From contig NC_002937.3 in the NCBI RefSeq assembly GCF_000195755.1, positions 990,001-1,022,000 of the forward strand: a stretch of DNA of 32,000 nt. Direction: 5' to 3'. This DNA comes from Nitratidesulfovibrio vulgaris str. Hildenborough. GTDB lineage: Bacteria; Desulfobacterota; Desulfovibrionia; Desulfovibrionales; Desulfovibrionaceae. The notes beneath the pieces were generated by a model. That model ran no database searches. It was given only the letters and a program-made list of their open reading frames with translations, and was not told the origin of the DNA. Position numbers and translations under genes: made by a program. This document shows, piece by piece, positions 17,404-24,519 of the stretch (the first letter of the stretch is position 1; each line of letters begins with the position of its first letter).

Positions 17404-17800
17404 CGTAGGTGCGCTGTTCGGCGAGCTTTTCTGCGCTGGCATGTCGTTCCGCCTGTTTGGTCTTGAGTTTTTCGAGCAGCTTGCGTTCCTGTGCGCGCTG
17501 CACGAGCAGCATTCGCGCATCCTCTCTTGCCTGGGCAAGCATCACGAGATTACGCAGCGCGGCGACGAGGTCGGACTTCAGGGCCGTGACGTAGTGGTCG
17601 AGAAGCCAGTGTTCGTTGGGAGAAGTGACGTTCTCGTACAGTTTCTTCTCATTTTCGGCAACCTGCGCGCGCAAGGCGTCCACTCTGGCTTCTGCGCGTT
17701 CGTGTTCGCGCTGGGCCTGTGCGAAGCGGAGTTTCGCCTGTTCTTCCAGCTGTGCCCGATAATCGAGGATTTGCTGAAGCTTGAAGTGAAACGGAGGCAT
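17363..17800 (-). CDS. fliJ: Flagellar export chaperone FliJ
   Basis: 145-aa all-coiled-coil protein with the FliJ-like start FHFKLQQILDYRAQLEEQAKLRFAQAQ. The genomic context is flagellar. Confidence 0.7.
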   Translation of the reverse strand: MPPFHFKLQQILDYRAQLEEQAKLRFAQAQREHERAEARVDALRAQVAENEKKLYENVTSPNEHWLLDHYVTALKSDLVAALRNLVMLAQAREDARMLLVQRAQERKLLEKLKTKQAERHASAEKLAEQRTYDETATLRFRAPSF

Positions 17801-17854
17801 CGGTCATCCTGTTGCTCATGGTGGGGACATATTCCCGACAGATGTCCGGACTAT

Positions 17855-17870
17855 AGCAAGGAACGGGCCG
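17855..17870 (-). promoter_or_regulatory. Sigma54-like -24/-12 element upstream of fliJ
   Basis: The minus strand reads CGGCCCGTTCCTTGCT, with GG-N10-GC at canonical spacing and TTGC at -12. It lies directly after the cobS stop and about 55 nt upstream of the fliJ ATG. The first base is C rather than T. Confidence 0.4.
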
Positions 17871-18608
17871 TTACCCCATGCTCGCGGCAAGAAGCACGGT
17901 GCCCTCGCATCCCGCGATGCATGCTCCCATGAAGTCACCGTTGATGCCGTCCTCGCGGCGCGCAAGGTGCGCCAGCGCCGTGACGATGGCACCGCATATG
18001 GCGATGGTCGTCACGGTCGTGATGGCGGGTGTCGTCAGCAGTAACGCGAGCATTCCGCATGTCGCGGCTACACCGATGGCTATCCTGTCTGCACCGGCAC
18101 AGGTCAGCCTTCCAAGTGTCGAGCGGCTGCCGGGGGGGACCAGCGCAGCAAGGATGACACATGCCCCGCGTCCGACAATAGGGGCGGCGATGAGAACCCC
18201 GAGCCTGCCAGATATGAAGATTTCATGGGCCCCGATGTATTGGCCGCCGAAGCCGAGCAGTAGCCCCATCACCCCGAATGCCCCGATGCGGCTGTCCTTG
18301 AGGATGTCCCAGAAGCGTTCGCCTGTGGCTGAGCTGCCCCATGCGTCGGCAAGGTCGGCGACTCCGTCCCAGTGCAGCCCACGTGTGACCCACAGGTTGA
18401 TGAGAACATAGAGCCATGCCTGAATGGCGGGATGGCTGGCGGCAAGCCCTAGCGCAAAGGGCAGCCAGCATGCGCCCCCGACGACGAGCCCCGCCAGGGG
18501 AAACCAGCGCACGGCAGCCGCCATGTCGTCGGCTGTCGCGACACGCGCCGGTACGAGTCGGGTAAGAAAGCCACAGGCAAGCAGGGCATGGTGAAGGAAC
18601 GTAGGCAT
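17871..18608 (-). CDS. cobS: Adenosylcobinamide-GDP ribazoletransferase (cobalamin synthase)
   Basis: GFLTRLP-type start (ACGFLTRLVP), WFPLAGLVVG, RGLHWDGVADLADA and DFMGA. Start ATG 18608 gives 245 aa. The 101-aa S/T/P-rich upstream extension in the track ORF is not CobS-like. Confidence 0.85.
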   Translation of the reverse strand: MPTFLHHALLACGFLTRLVPARVATADDMAAAVRWFPLAGLVVGGACWLPFALGLAASHPAIQAWLYVLINLWVTRGLHWDGVADLADAWGSSATGERFWDILKDSRIGAFGVMGLLLGFGGQYIGAHEIFISGRLGVLIAAPIVGRGACVILAALVPPGSRSTLGRLTCAGADRIAIGVAATCGMLALLLTTPAITTVTTIAICGAIVTALAHLARREDGINGDFMGACIAGCEGTVLLAASMG

Positions 18609-18635
18609 AGGCTGACTCGTGTGAGGTTGCGGTGA

Positions 18636-18706
18636 GGGGCTGGTGGCTTGGTTGTATCGGGGGCTGGTGCTTGGTCGTATCGGAGGGCTGGTGGCTGAGG
18701 TCGTCT
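18636..18706 (-). repeat. Three imperfect tandem copies of a 23-25 nt unit in the cobS leader
   Basis: Plus-strand units are GGGGCTGGTGGCTTGGTTGTATC, GGGGGCTGGTGCTTGGTCGTATC and GGAGGGCTGGTGGCTGAGGTCGTCT. On the transcribed minus strand the segment has 35 C and 11 G out of 71 nt. Confidence 0.85.
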
Positions 18707-18986
18707 GGCTTATGCTCATCGAAGTGTGGGCGTGCTCTTTCTGCCAGACCATGGATGGGACGAAGGCGCAATGCCATTCCATTTCGAAAGGTGTTTCAGT
18801 GGTGAAGAGGGTGGGGCGGTCGAGGCGCCACGTCGGCCTCGAATCCACGAGCATTCCACCTCTTGCACTCGAGTGCGAGACCTTATGGCACCCCCATGGA
18901 CGCCCTGCCATACGTTCGGTTCAGGATATGGTGTTCGCCCCATTGTCATGGCGGGCATCCACAAGTCTGGCGCGGGGCAGGGTGTG

Positions 18987-19775
18987 CTACTTCACGTCCG
19001 GGAATGTCACGCTATCCCCCGTGTGCAGGTCGAGCAGCGTAGCTGCCGAATCACGGTTGGCTGCAATCTCCCAGTATCCCTGACTTCCGCATAAAAGCCC
19101 GATGTGCCCCGTTGGTAGTGCCGCGTAATGGTCCACGGCCACCAGTGGAGTACGGCGTCCTTTGTGCCGCATCTCGTGCGCGGGCATGTCTGCGGCAGAC
19201 GGTATGTTCAGGATGCAATTGCCGAAGTGGTCGACATGAAGGATGCGGGCTACGAGTCCCGAATCCGTGGTTTCGGGGCGTATCCATACGGGGGAATGCA
19301 TGGCCGCCGTAGGCATCTCCTCGCCGAGGGCCTCGGGTGGCGTGCCCGTAGCCAGCTTTGCTGCGGCTGGGGCCATGATGTCACGGGCATGGAATGTGGC
19401 ACTCGGGTTGCCGGAGACGATGCCGGGGCGTAGTCGCCATACCCGTGCGTCTCCGTTGCCGTGTTGGGCAGCCGCAAGGCAGAGTAGCCCGTTGTCTGGC
19501 GCGATGAACGTCCGGTGCCCCATTCTGAGGCATAGTATGGCCCGTTGCGATCCCACGCCGGGATCGACAACGGCCAGACAGATGGCGTGGAAAGGTAGAT
19601 ATGGCACCGATGCGGCGAGGTACAGGGCCCCTGTCTCTACGCGGAAATGCGGCACGCCGTGCGAGAGGTCGATGCAGCCGCATCCCGGTGCAAGCTGGTG
19701 TAATACGCCCCTCAACTGACCGACATAAGGGTCGGCGAGCCCGAAATCGGTCAGAAGCACGAAGCAGGGGGGCAT
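18987..19775 (-). CDS. SAM hydrolase / SAM-dependent halogenase family protein (DUF62)
   Basis: LLTDFGLADPYVGQLRGV, AVVDPGVGS and FIAPDNGLL are DUF62 signatures. Confidence 0.8.
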   Translation of the reverse strand: MPPCFVLLTDFGLADPYVGQLRGVLHQLAPGCGCIDLSHGVPHFRVETGALYLAASVPYLPFHAICLAVVDPGVGSQRAILCLRMGHRTFIAPDNGLLCLAAAQHGNGDARVWRLRPGIVSGNPSATFHARDIMAPAAAKLATGTPPEALGEEMPTAAMHSPVWIRPETTDSGLVARILHVDHFGNCILNIPSAADMPAHEMRHKGRRTPLVAVDHYAALPTGHIGLLCGSQGYWEIAANRDSAATLLDLHTGDSVTFPDVK

Positions 19776-19808
19776 GGAAGCGGCTCCGTGGAGGCGTTCA
19801 CGCTCCAG

Positions 19809-20453
19809 CTATTTGTTGCGCGAGAACGTGATGTTGAACGAGAGCGCGTAGAGATGGTGGAAGAAGTCCACATACTCTACGAACACGTCGTCCGGCACCG
19901 AGATACGCGCAGGGGCGTAGTTGAGAATGCCCTTGATGCCCGCGTCCACAAGATGGTTCGCAGCACGCTGGGCCCGTTCGGGCGGGGTGGTGATGATGCC
20001 TATCTCGACATTGAGGTCTGCCACACGCTCTTTGAGACGTTTGGTGCAGATGACTTCAAGACCAGAGATTTCTTCGCCGATTTTGAAAGGGTCGCAGTCG
20101 AAGGCTCCGACGATGTGGAAACCCCGGAGTTTGAATTCCTTGTGGTTGAGCAGCGCCCTACCCAGGTTGCCCACGCCCACGAGCACCGTGCGCCATTCAC
20201 GGTTCACACCGAGGGCGCTGGTGATGGATTCGATGAGACTCTTGACGTAGTAGCCTACGCCACGCACCCCGAATTCGCCGAAATAGGCAAGGTCCTTACG
20301 TATCTGTGACGCATTGACGTTGCACGCCTTGGCGAGGGGTTCGGAGGAGATGACCTCCACCCCTTCACGTTGCAGGTTTTCGAGAACCTGCACGTACACC
20401 GCCAGACGCTGGATGGTGGCGCGTGGGATGTGTTCGCTTTTGATGTTGGTCAT
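19809..20453 (-). CDS. rex: Redox-sensing transcriptional repressor Rex
   Basis: Winged-helix segment IPRATIQRLAVYVQVL...ISSEPLAKACNVNASQIRKDLAYFGEFGVRGVGY, followed by the Rossmann loop VLVGVGNLGRALL. Confidence 0.9.
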   Translation of the reverse strand: MTNIKSEHIPRATIQRLAVYVQVLENLQREGVEVISSEPLAKACNVNASQIRKDLAYFGEFGVRGVGYYVKSLIESITSALGVNREWRTVLVGVGNLGRALLNHKEFKLRGFHIVGAFDCDPFKIGEEISGLEVICTKRLKERVADLNVEIGIITTPPERAQRAANHLVDAGIKGILNYAPARISVPDDVFVEYVDFFHHLYALSFNITFSRNK

Positions 20454-20506
20454 CGTTCGTTAACTTCACTTTTTGCAATGCACATGACACCGTTCTTATA
20501 ATGCAG

Positions 20507-20537
20507 AAAAAGGAGGCCGTTTGCAACGGCCTCCTTT
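20507..20537 (-). terminator. Intrinsic terminator between atpE and rex
   Basis: The minus strand reads AAAGGAGGCCG-TTGCAAA-CGGCCTCCTTT followed by TTCTGC. The stem is a perfect 9-11 bp. Confidence 0.75.
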
Positions 20538-20557
20538 CAGTCTGCCGGAAGTGTCCG

Positions 20558-20887
20558 TTAGCCCATGAAGGGGTTGGCGAACAGGAGGATCAGGTTGACG
20601 ACCAGGGCGTAGATCGCCAGGGATTCGACGAAGGCGAGGCCGAGGATCAGGGTAACCATGATCTTGCCGCCAGCTTCAGGGTTGCGGGCGGTGCCTTCGC
20701 ACGCGGCCTTGAGACCCATGCCCTGACCGATACCGCAACCGGCGGCGGCGATGGCCATACCGATGGCAGCGGCGAGGCAGGTGAGACCCAGAGCGCTGGA
20801 ATCCATCTTGCCGTCAGCGGCGAAAGCGAGGGCAGCGAAGGAAACCATGGCCACGGTGTTGAGGGCGATCATCAGAAACTTACGCAT
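20558..20887 (-). CDS. atpE: F0 ATP synthase subunit c with N-terminal signal-peptide-like extension
   Basis: GIGQGMG...[41 protein letters not shown] aligns without gaps to known c subunits. AAGGAG lies 7 nt upstream of ATG 20887. Confidence 0.9.
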   Translation of the reverse strand: MRKFLMIALNTVAMVSFAALAFAADGKMDSSALGLTCLAAAIGMAIAAAGCGIGQGMGLKAACEGTARNPEAGGKIMVTLILGLAFVESLAIYALVVNLILLFANPFMG

Positions 20888-20941
20888 GACTGAACTCCTT
20901 TAACTGTTATTAGTATCGGTCGTGAGACCATTCCCTTCGAT

Positions 20942-21643
20942 TTAGTGGGCGTGCTCGAATGCGCCCTTCAGGTACACCATCGTCAGCATGAAGAAGATGA
21001 AGGCCTGAAGAACCTTGCCGAGCAGGAACAGGAAGTAGACCGGCAGGGTGCCCACGATGGGAGCCATCAGGAAGAAGAGCACCATGACGATTTCTTCACC
21101 GCGAATGTTACCGAAAAGACGGAGCGTGAGAGAGAGCGGACGTGCGCAGTGGGAGATGATTTCCAGCGGCAGCATCAGCGGGGTGAGCCACGTCATGGGG
21201 CCCATGAAGTGCTTGATGTAGCCGGGACCCCAGCGCTTGAGGCCCTGATAGTTGTAGTAGCCGAAGACGAAAAGCGCCATGGCCGCGTTGGTGTTGACGT
21301 TGGCCGTAGGCGCGTCGCAACCGGGAACGAGGCCCAGAAGGTTCTGGAAGAGGATGAACAGGAAGATGCCACCGAGAAGCGGGAACACCTTGCGTCCATC
21401 TTCGCCTATGTTGCCGACGACGAAATCTTCAAGACCGCCGATGACGACCTCGAAGACATTCTGGAGGGCACCAGGGACGACCTTCAGGCTGCTGCGGACG
21501 ATGAGTCCCAGACTGAAGAGTATCGCCATGGCACACCACGTATAGAAAACGTGCTTGAATTCGACGGTCGCCCCGCCGATGGTAATCGTGTCCACATTCA
21601 GGAGCGTGGACCAGAGTACCGGATGCGGCAATCCACCTGCCAT
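20942..21643 (-). CDS. atpB: F0 ATP synthase subunit a
   Basis: The segment [15 protein letters not shown] contains the conserved Arg. The protein is multi-TM and 233 aa long. GGAGG lies upstream of ATG 21643. Confidence 0.9.
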   Translation of the reverse strand: MAGGLPHPVLWSTLLNVDTITIGGATVEFKHVFYTWCAMAILFSLGLIVRSSLKVVPGALQNVFEVVIGGLEDFVVGNIGEDGRKVFPLLGGIFLFILFQNLLGLVPGCDAPTANVNTNAAMALFVFGYYNYQGLKRWGPGYIKHFMGPMTWLTPLMLPLEIISHCARPLSLTLRLFGNIRGEEIVMVLFFLMAPIVGTLPVYFLFLLGKVLQAFIFFMLTMVYLKGAFEHAH

Positions 21644-21647
21644 TCCC

Positions 21648-22082
21648 TTACGCCTCCTTCACATTTTGTCCGGCGAGTCTGAGAAGTCCCCAGACCGCTA
21701 TGGCCGCCACGATCGTGGAAAGCCCTGCCACGAGAGCCGAGACGGAAACCTTGAGCCAGACGATAAGGCCGAACAGTATCAGCCCTGTAAGGCCAAGCCG
21801 CCCGTAGAACCTGAACAGCATACCGTACATCATGGAGCGGTCGTAAGGTTTGTACACGACCTGCTGTACGAATTTGGCCACGGCGTAGAAGTTGAAAGTA
21901 CTCAGCACGGCCCCCACGCCGAACCAGAACAACCAACCGTTGATCCAGCCTAGACCAAGACCCGCCAGGAGAGAGACAGCTGTGACCAGAAGCTGGTTGC
22001 GGAGCACCACACGTACCTCTTGGGCACGGAAGCCCCTTCGCCAGAGCATCTCATCGATCCTTCGGACCGAACTTCTCAGCAT
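21648..22082 (-). CDS. atpI: ATP synthase protein I (AtpI-like)
   Basis: Small four-helix hydrophobic protein immediately upstream of atpB. The start is uncertain (ATG 22082, or ATG 22049 which lies 1 nt after the atpZ stop). Confidence 0.65.
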   Translation of the reverse strand: MLRSSVRRIDEMLWRRGFRAQEVRVVLRNQLLVTAVSLLAGLGLGWINGWLFWFGVGAVLSTFNFYAVAKFVQQVVYKPYDRSMMYGMLFRFYGRLGLTGLILFGLIVWLKVSVSALVAGLSTIVAAIAVWGLLRLAGQNVKEA

Positions 22083-22329
22083 CTTCCCTTTCCTGATCCC
22101 TGATGAGCTTCCGCGTGTCCAGATAGACGTTCTTGAACCCGGCAGCGACGCCGACGATCAAGAGTGCCACGGTAAGCCAAGGCCTTGTCCCCAACCAATC
22201 GTCCAGATAGTACCCGAAGATGCCACCTACGAAGGTGCCTGTAACCATGTGCAGGCCGATTGCGCTTGCCCGCGACAGGTTGTCCATGTACCTCTGGTCG
22301 TTGATTTTGAACCAGTTTTTAAAGAGCAT
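22051..22329 (-). CDS. AtpZ-like small membrane protein (ATPase_gene1 family)
   Basis: GLHMVTGTFVGGIFGYYLDDWLGTRPWLTVALLIVGVAAGFKNVY is typical of AtpZ-family proteins. ATG 22329 has GGGAGA 8 nt upstream. The upstream part of the track ORF is not protein-like. Confidence 0.6.
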   Translation of the reverse strand: MLFKNWFKINDQRYMDNLSRASAIGLHMVTGTFVGGIFGYYLDDWLGTRPWLTVALLIVGVAAGFKNVYLDTRKLIRDQEREDAEKFGPKDR

Positions 22330-22375
22330 AGCCGTCGTCTCCCTGCCGGAGCCCTTGGGTGGTCGGCGGCCTACT

Positions 22376-22393
22376 TCGTGCAATCGTTCACAA
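22376..22393. promoter_or_regulatory. Candidate Rex operator upstream of atpZ-atpI-atpB-atpE
   Basis: TCGTGCA-ATCG-TTCACAA compared with the generic Rex box TTGTGAA-N4-TTCACAA matches 12 of 14 specified positions. It lies about 50 nt upstream of the atpZ ATG. Confidence 0.4.
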
Positions 22394-22516
22394 GTGAAGC
22401 CGTGTCTACCACAGCCCGCGTGAGGCGTCAACGAAGCAGCGCCGTTTGGTCTCATTTTTTTGCGTTTTCCCCTGCGGTCAACGTGTTTGATTGTTTGAAC
22501 AAAAAACGAGGGTGTC

Positions 22517-22984
22517 ATGCGTCGTCAAGAGAGGATGATGGCTGAAGAGTCGATGGTGTGGCAGGTCGTGGAAGAGGCCCGCTGGATGGTGCTGTCGCTG
22601 GTCGAGGCGGCGAATCCCTATGCCGTGCCCGTTCTCTTCGCGACAGGTGAAGGCTGCCTTTATGTCCACGGGGCGCGAGAGGGGCGCAAGGCTGCGTTGC
22701 TCAGTCGCGGTGTCGCGTGCTGTTGCGTCTTCGTCGCGGAGGCGGAAGTCAGACCCGCCCCTGAAGGGGCACCGTGTTGTGCATTCTCTTTACGCTATCG
22801 CAGTGCCGTCGCCACGGGAAGGGCGGAAGCCGTCGACGACGCGGATGAGGCTGCGCGCATAGCAGGACTGTTCTGTGAACGGTACGGGGCGGGTGACCGG
22901 AGTCTGGGGGACGCCGCTGTCGATGCCACGATGTTCTGGCGTATCGCGGTCGACAGCCTCGTGGGCAAGAAAGCCAATTGCTAG
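22517..22984 (+). CDS. Pyridoxamine 5'-phosphate oxidase-family (NimA-like) FMN-binding protein
   Basis: MRRQER...PYAVPVLFATGEGCLYVHGAREGRKAALL follows the usual PNPOx-like N-terminal pattern. The gene is divergent from the atp cluster. Confidence 0.7.
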   Translation: MRRQERMMAEESMVWQVVEEARWMVLSLVEAANPYAVPVLFATGEGCLYVHGAREGRKAALLSRGVACCCVFVAEAEVRPAPEGAPCCAFSLRYRSAVATGRAEAVDDADEAARIAGLFCERYGAGDRSLGDAAVDATMFWRIAVDSLVGKKANC

Positions 22985-23026
22985 CGTGCGTGCGGGGTCT
23001 TCGCGTGCTTCAGTCTGCGGTGTCGA

Positions 23027-23509
23027 TCAGTGGGCGCCGCCTTGCAGCAATGGCTTGTAATTGAACGAGTTCACCCGTTCGGAGTTGTGGCATTCGGAGC
23101 AGGCGTCCATAGTCGGCTTGCTGATGAGGGTGGGGTCGCCCGTTCCGCTGTGTGCGCCCCCTGGACCATGGCATACCTCGCATCCTGCATCCGCAAGGTG
23201 GGGCGTTGTCTCGAAACTGACGAAGCCGCCGGGACGACCGTAGCCCGTGGTATGGCAGGCGAAGCACTCGGCCAGTTCCTGTGGGGAAAGCTTGTCGCTC
23301 ATGGTTTTGATGTGATCCGCTGAACGGGCTTTCTTGGCGTAGCGTTTGAAGTTGTCGTATTGCGACGGGTGACAGTCGGCGCAGGCGTCAGTGCCGACGT
23401 AGGTGGGCTGCCCTGCCTGCGGTGGCGAGGCTTCGGCTGTCGTCCCGCCATGTGGAGAGACAAAGGGCAGGACCAGCAGCAGAGTGATGGCTGGGAGGGC
23501 GCGTCGCAC
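23027..23509 (-). CDS. Tetraheme c-type cytochrome, secreted
   Basis: Four CxxCH motifs (CADCH, CFACH, CEVCH, CSECH). GTG 23509 is preceded by AGGAG with a 5-nt spacer and gives a signal-peptide-like start, VRRALPAITLLLVLPFVSP. The track start at 23584 lacks an SD. Confidence 0.8.
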   Translation of the reverse strand: MRRALPAITLLLVLPFVSPHGGTTAEASPPQAGQPTYVGTDACADCHPSQYDNFKRYAKKARSADHIKTMSDKLSPQELAECFACHTTGYGRPGGFVSFETTPHLADAGCEVCHGPGGAHSGTGDPTLISKPTMDACSECHNSERVNSFNYKPLLQGGAH

Positions 23510-24065
23510 GTGAACTCCTGTGTGGCAGAGGTTGACGATGCGCATACCCGTTCGGGACGGGTGCACGGAAACATGCTTCCCCATATAGCCGGATGGGGCG
23601 CTACGATGTGGCGACCATAGTCTGATGTCGCCTCTCCCGTCTACGGGATAATGAGCTAACAGAGTAATATCTTGAGGTGTTCTTGCCGGGTATGAGACGG
23701 TTGCCCTGTGCCGCTCGCGCGAAGCCCGGGCCCATGCGGCGTTTTGCCGCGCAGGGGGCAGCGGGCGATACAGCGACTCAGTCCGTGACAGCGGATGCTA
23801 TGCAGAAAAACCGGGAGCCCTCCCCCGGCGATCCGGTCTGCCGGTCGGTGTGTCAGGCAAGGTGCCGGGTGTCGGGAGGGAGGGCGCAGGTCTGTCGATG
23901 TGGAGAATGGACGGAAGGATAGCGAACGTCAGATGACTCCGGAAGGCCCACAGGGCATCACGCCAGGACGCAACATCATGTTGAAGAGGGCTTTCGAGGG
24001 CCTGTCAGGATGTGCTTCGGGGGCGGCCATGCGGGGCATCTCTGCCGAAGTCGTACGGATGGGCA

Positions 24066-24464
24066 TCAGTGCCCGGCAGCCCATACCTCTATCTCTATCT
24101 TGATCGTATCAAGGCCCAGAGCCGAGACGTAGGCAACAGTCATGGACGGGTGCACGTCACCGAAGAATTCGATGTAGATCTCGTCGAAGAACTCCCAGTC
24201 GATTTCCTCTGTGGACCAAATGTTGACCTTGATGACATCGTCAGCACCAAGTCCTACGCTCTTGAGCAGGTTCGATATGTTCTTGAACGTGTTGATGACC
24301 TGATGATTGAAGTCTTCAGGGATGTTTCCGTCAAGGTCAGCACCGATCTGGCCAGAAAACGTATAAAGTGTCGCATTCGGTTCGACTTTTGTGATGTGGC
24401 TATAATTGCCGACTGCTTTGCTTATCCCATTGGATGGCATTCTTGTGACGATAGCATTCTTCAT
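24066..24464 (-). CDS. RidA/YjgF/L-PSP family protein
   Basis: NYSHITKV...LYTFSGQIG...DDVIKVNIW...PSMTVAYVSAL...IEIEVWA follows the RidA fold pattern. GGAG lies 7 nt upstream of the ATG. GC content is markedly low. Confidence 0.8.
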   Translation of the reverse strand: MKNAIVTRMPSNGISKAVGNYSHITKVEPNATLYTFSGQIGADLDGNIPEDFNHQVINTFKNISNLLKSVGLGADDVIKVNIWSTEEIDWEFFDEIYIEFFGDVHPSMTVAYVSALGLDTIKIEIEVWAAGH

Positions 24465-24519
24465 GAGCGGGCTCCATTTTGATTGTAAACAGATGGTAAT
24501 AGGCCTTCATGGTAATATG

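Noticed and set aside
18609-18911. 101-codon N-terminal extension of cobS in the track ORF 17871..18911
   Set aside because: The extension is Ser/Thr/Pro/Gln-rich, the translation of the tandem repeat, and unlike any CobS. CobS homologues are about 250 aa, and the conserved core begins right after ATG 18608.
20454-20506. Search for a Rex box directly upstream of rex
   Set aside because: Only isolated GTGAA and TGCA fragments are present. No 18-bp palindrome approaches TTGTGAA-N4-TTCACAA.
22491-22502. TTGTT-TG-AACAA inverted repeat near the PNPOx-like gene start
   Set aside because: It has only 5-bp arms in an AT-rich stretch. It resembles no operator I know and is likely chance.
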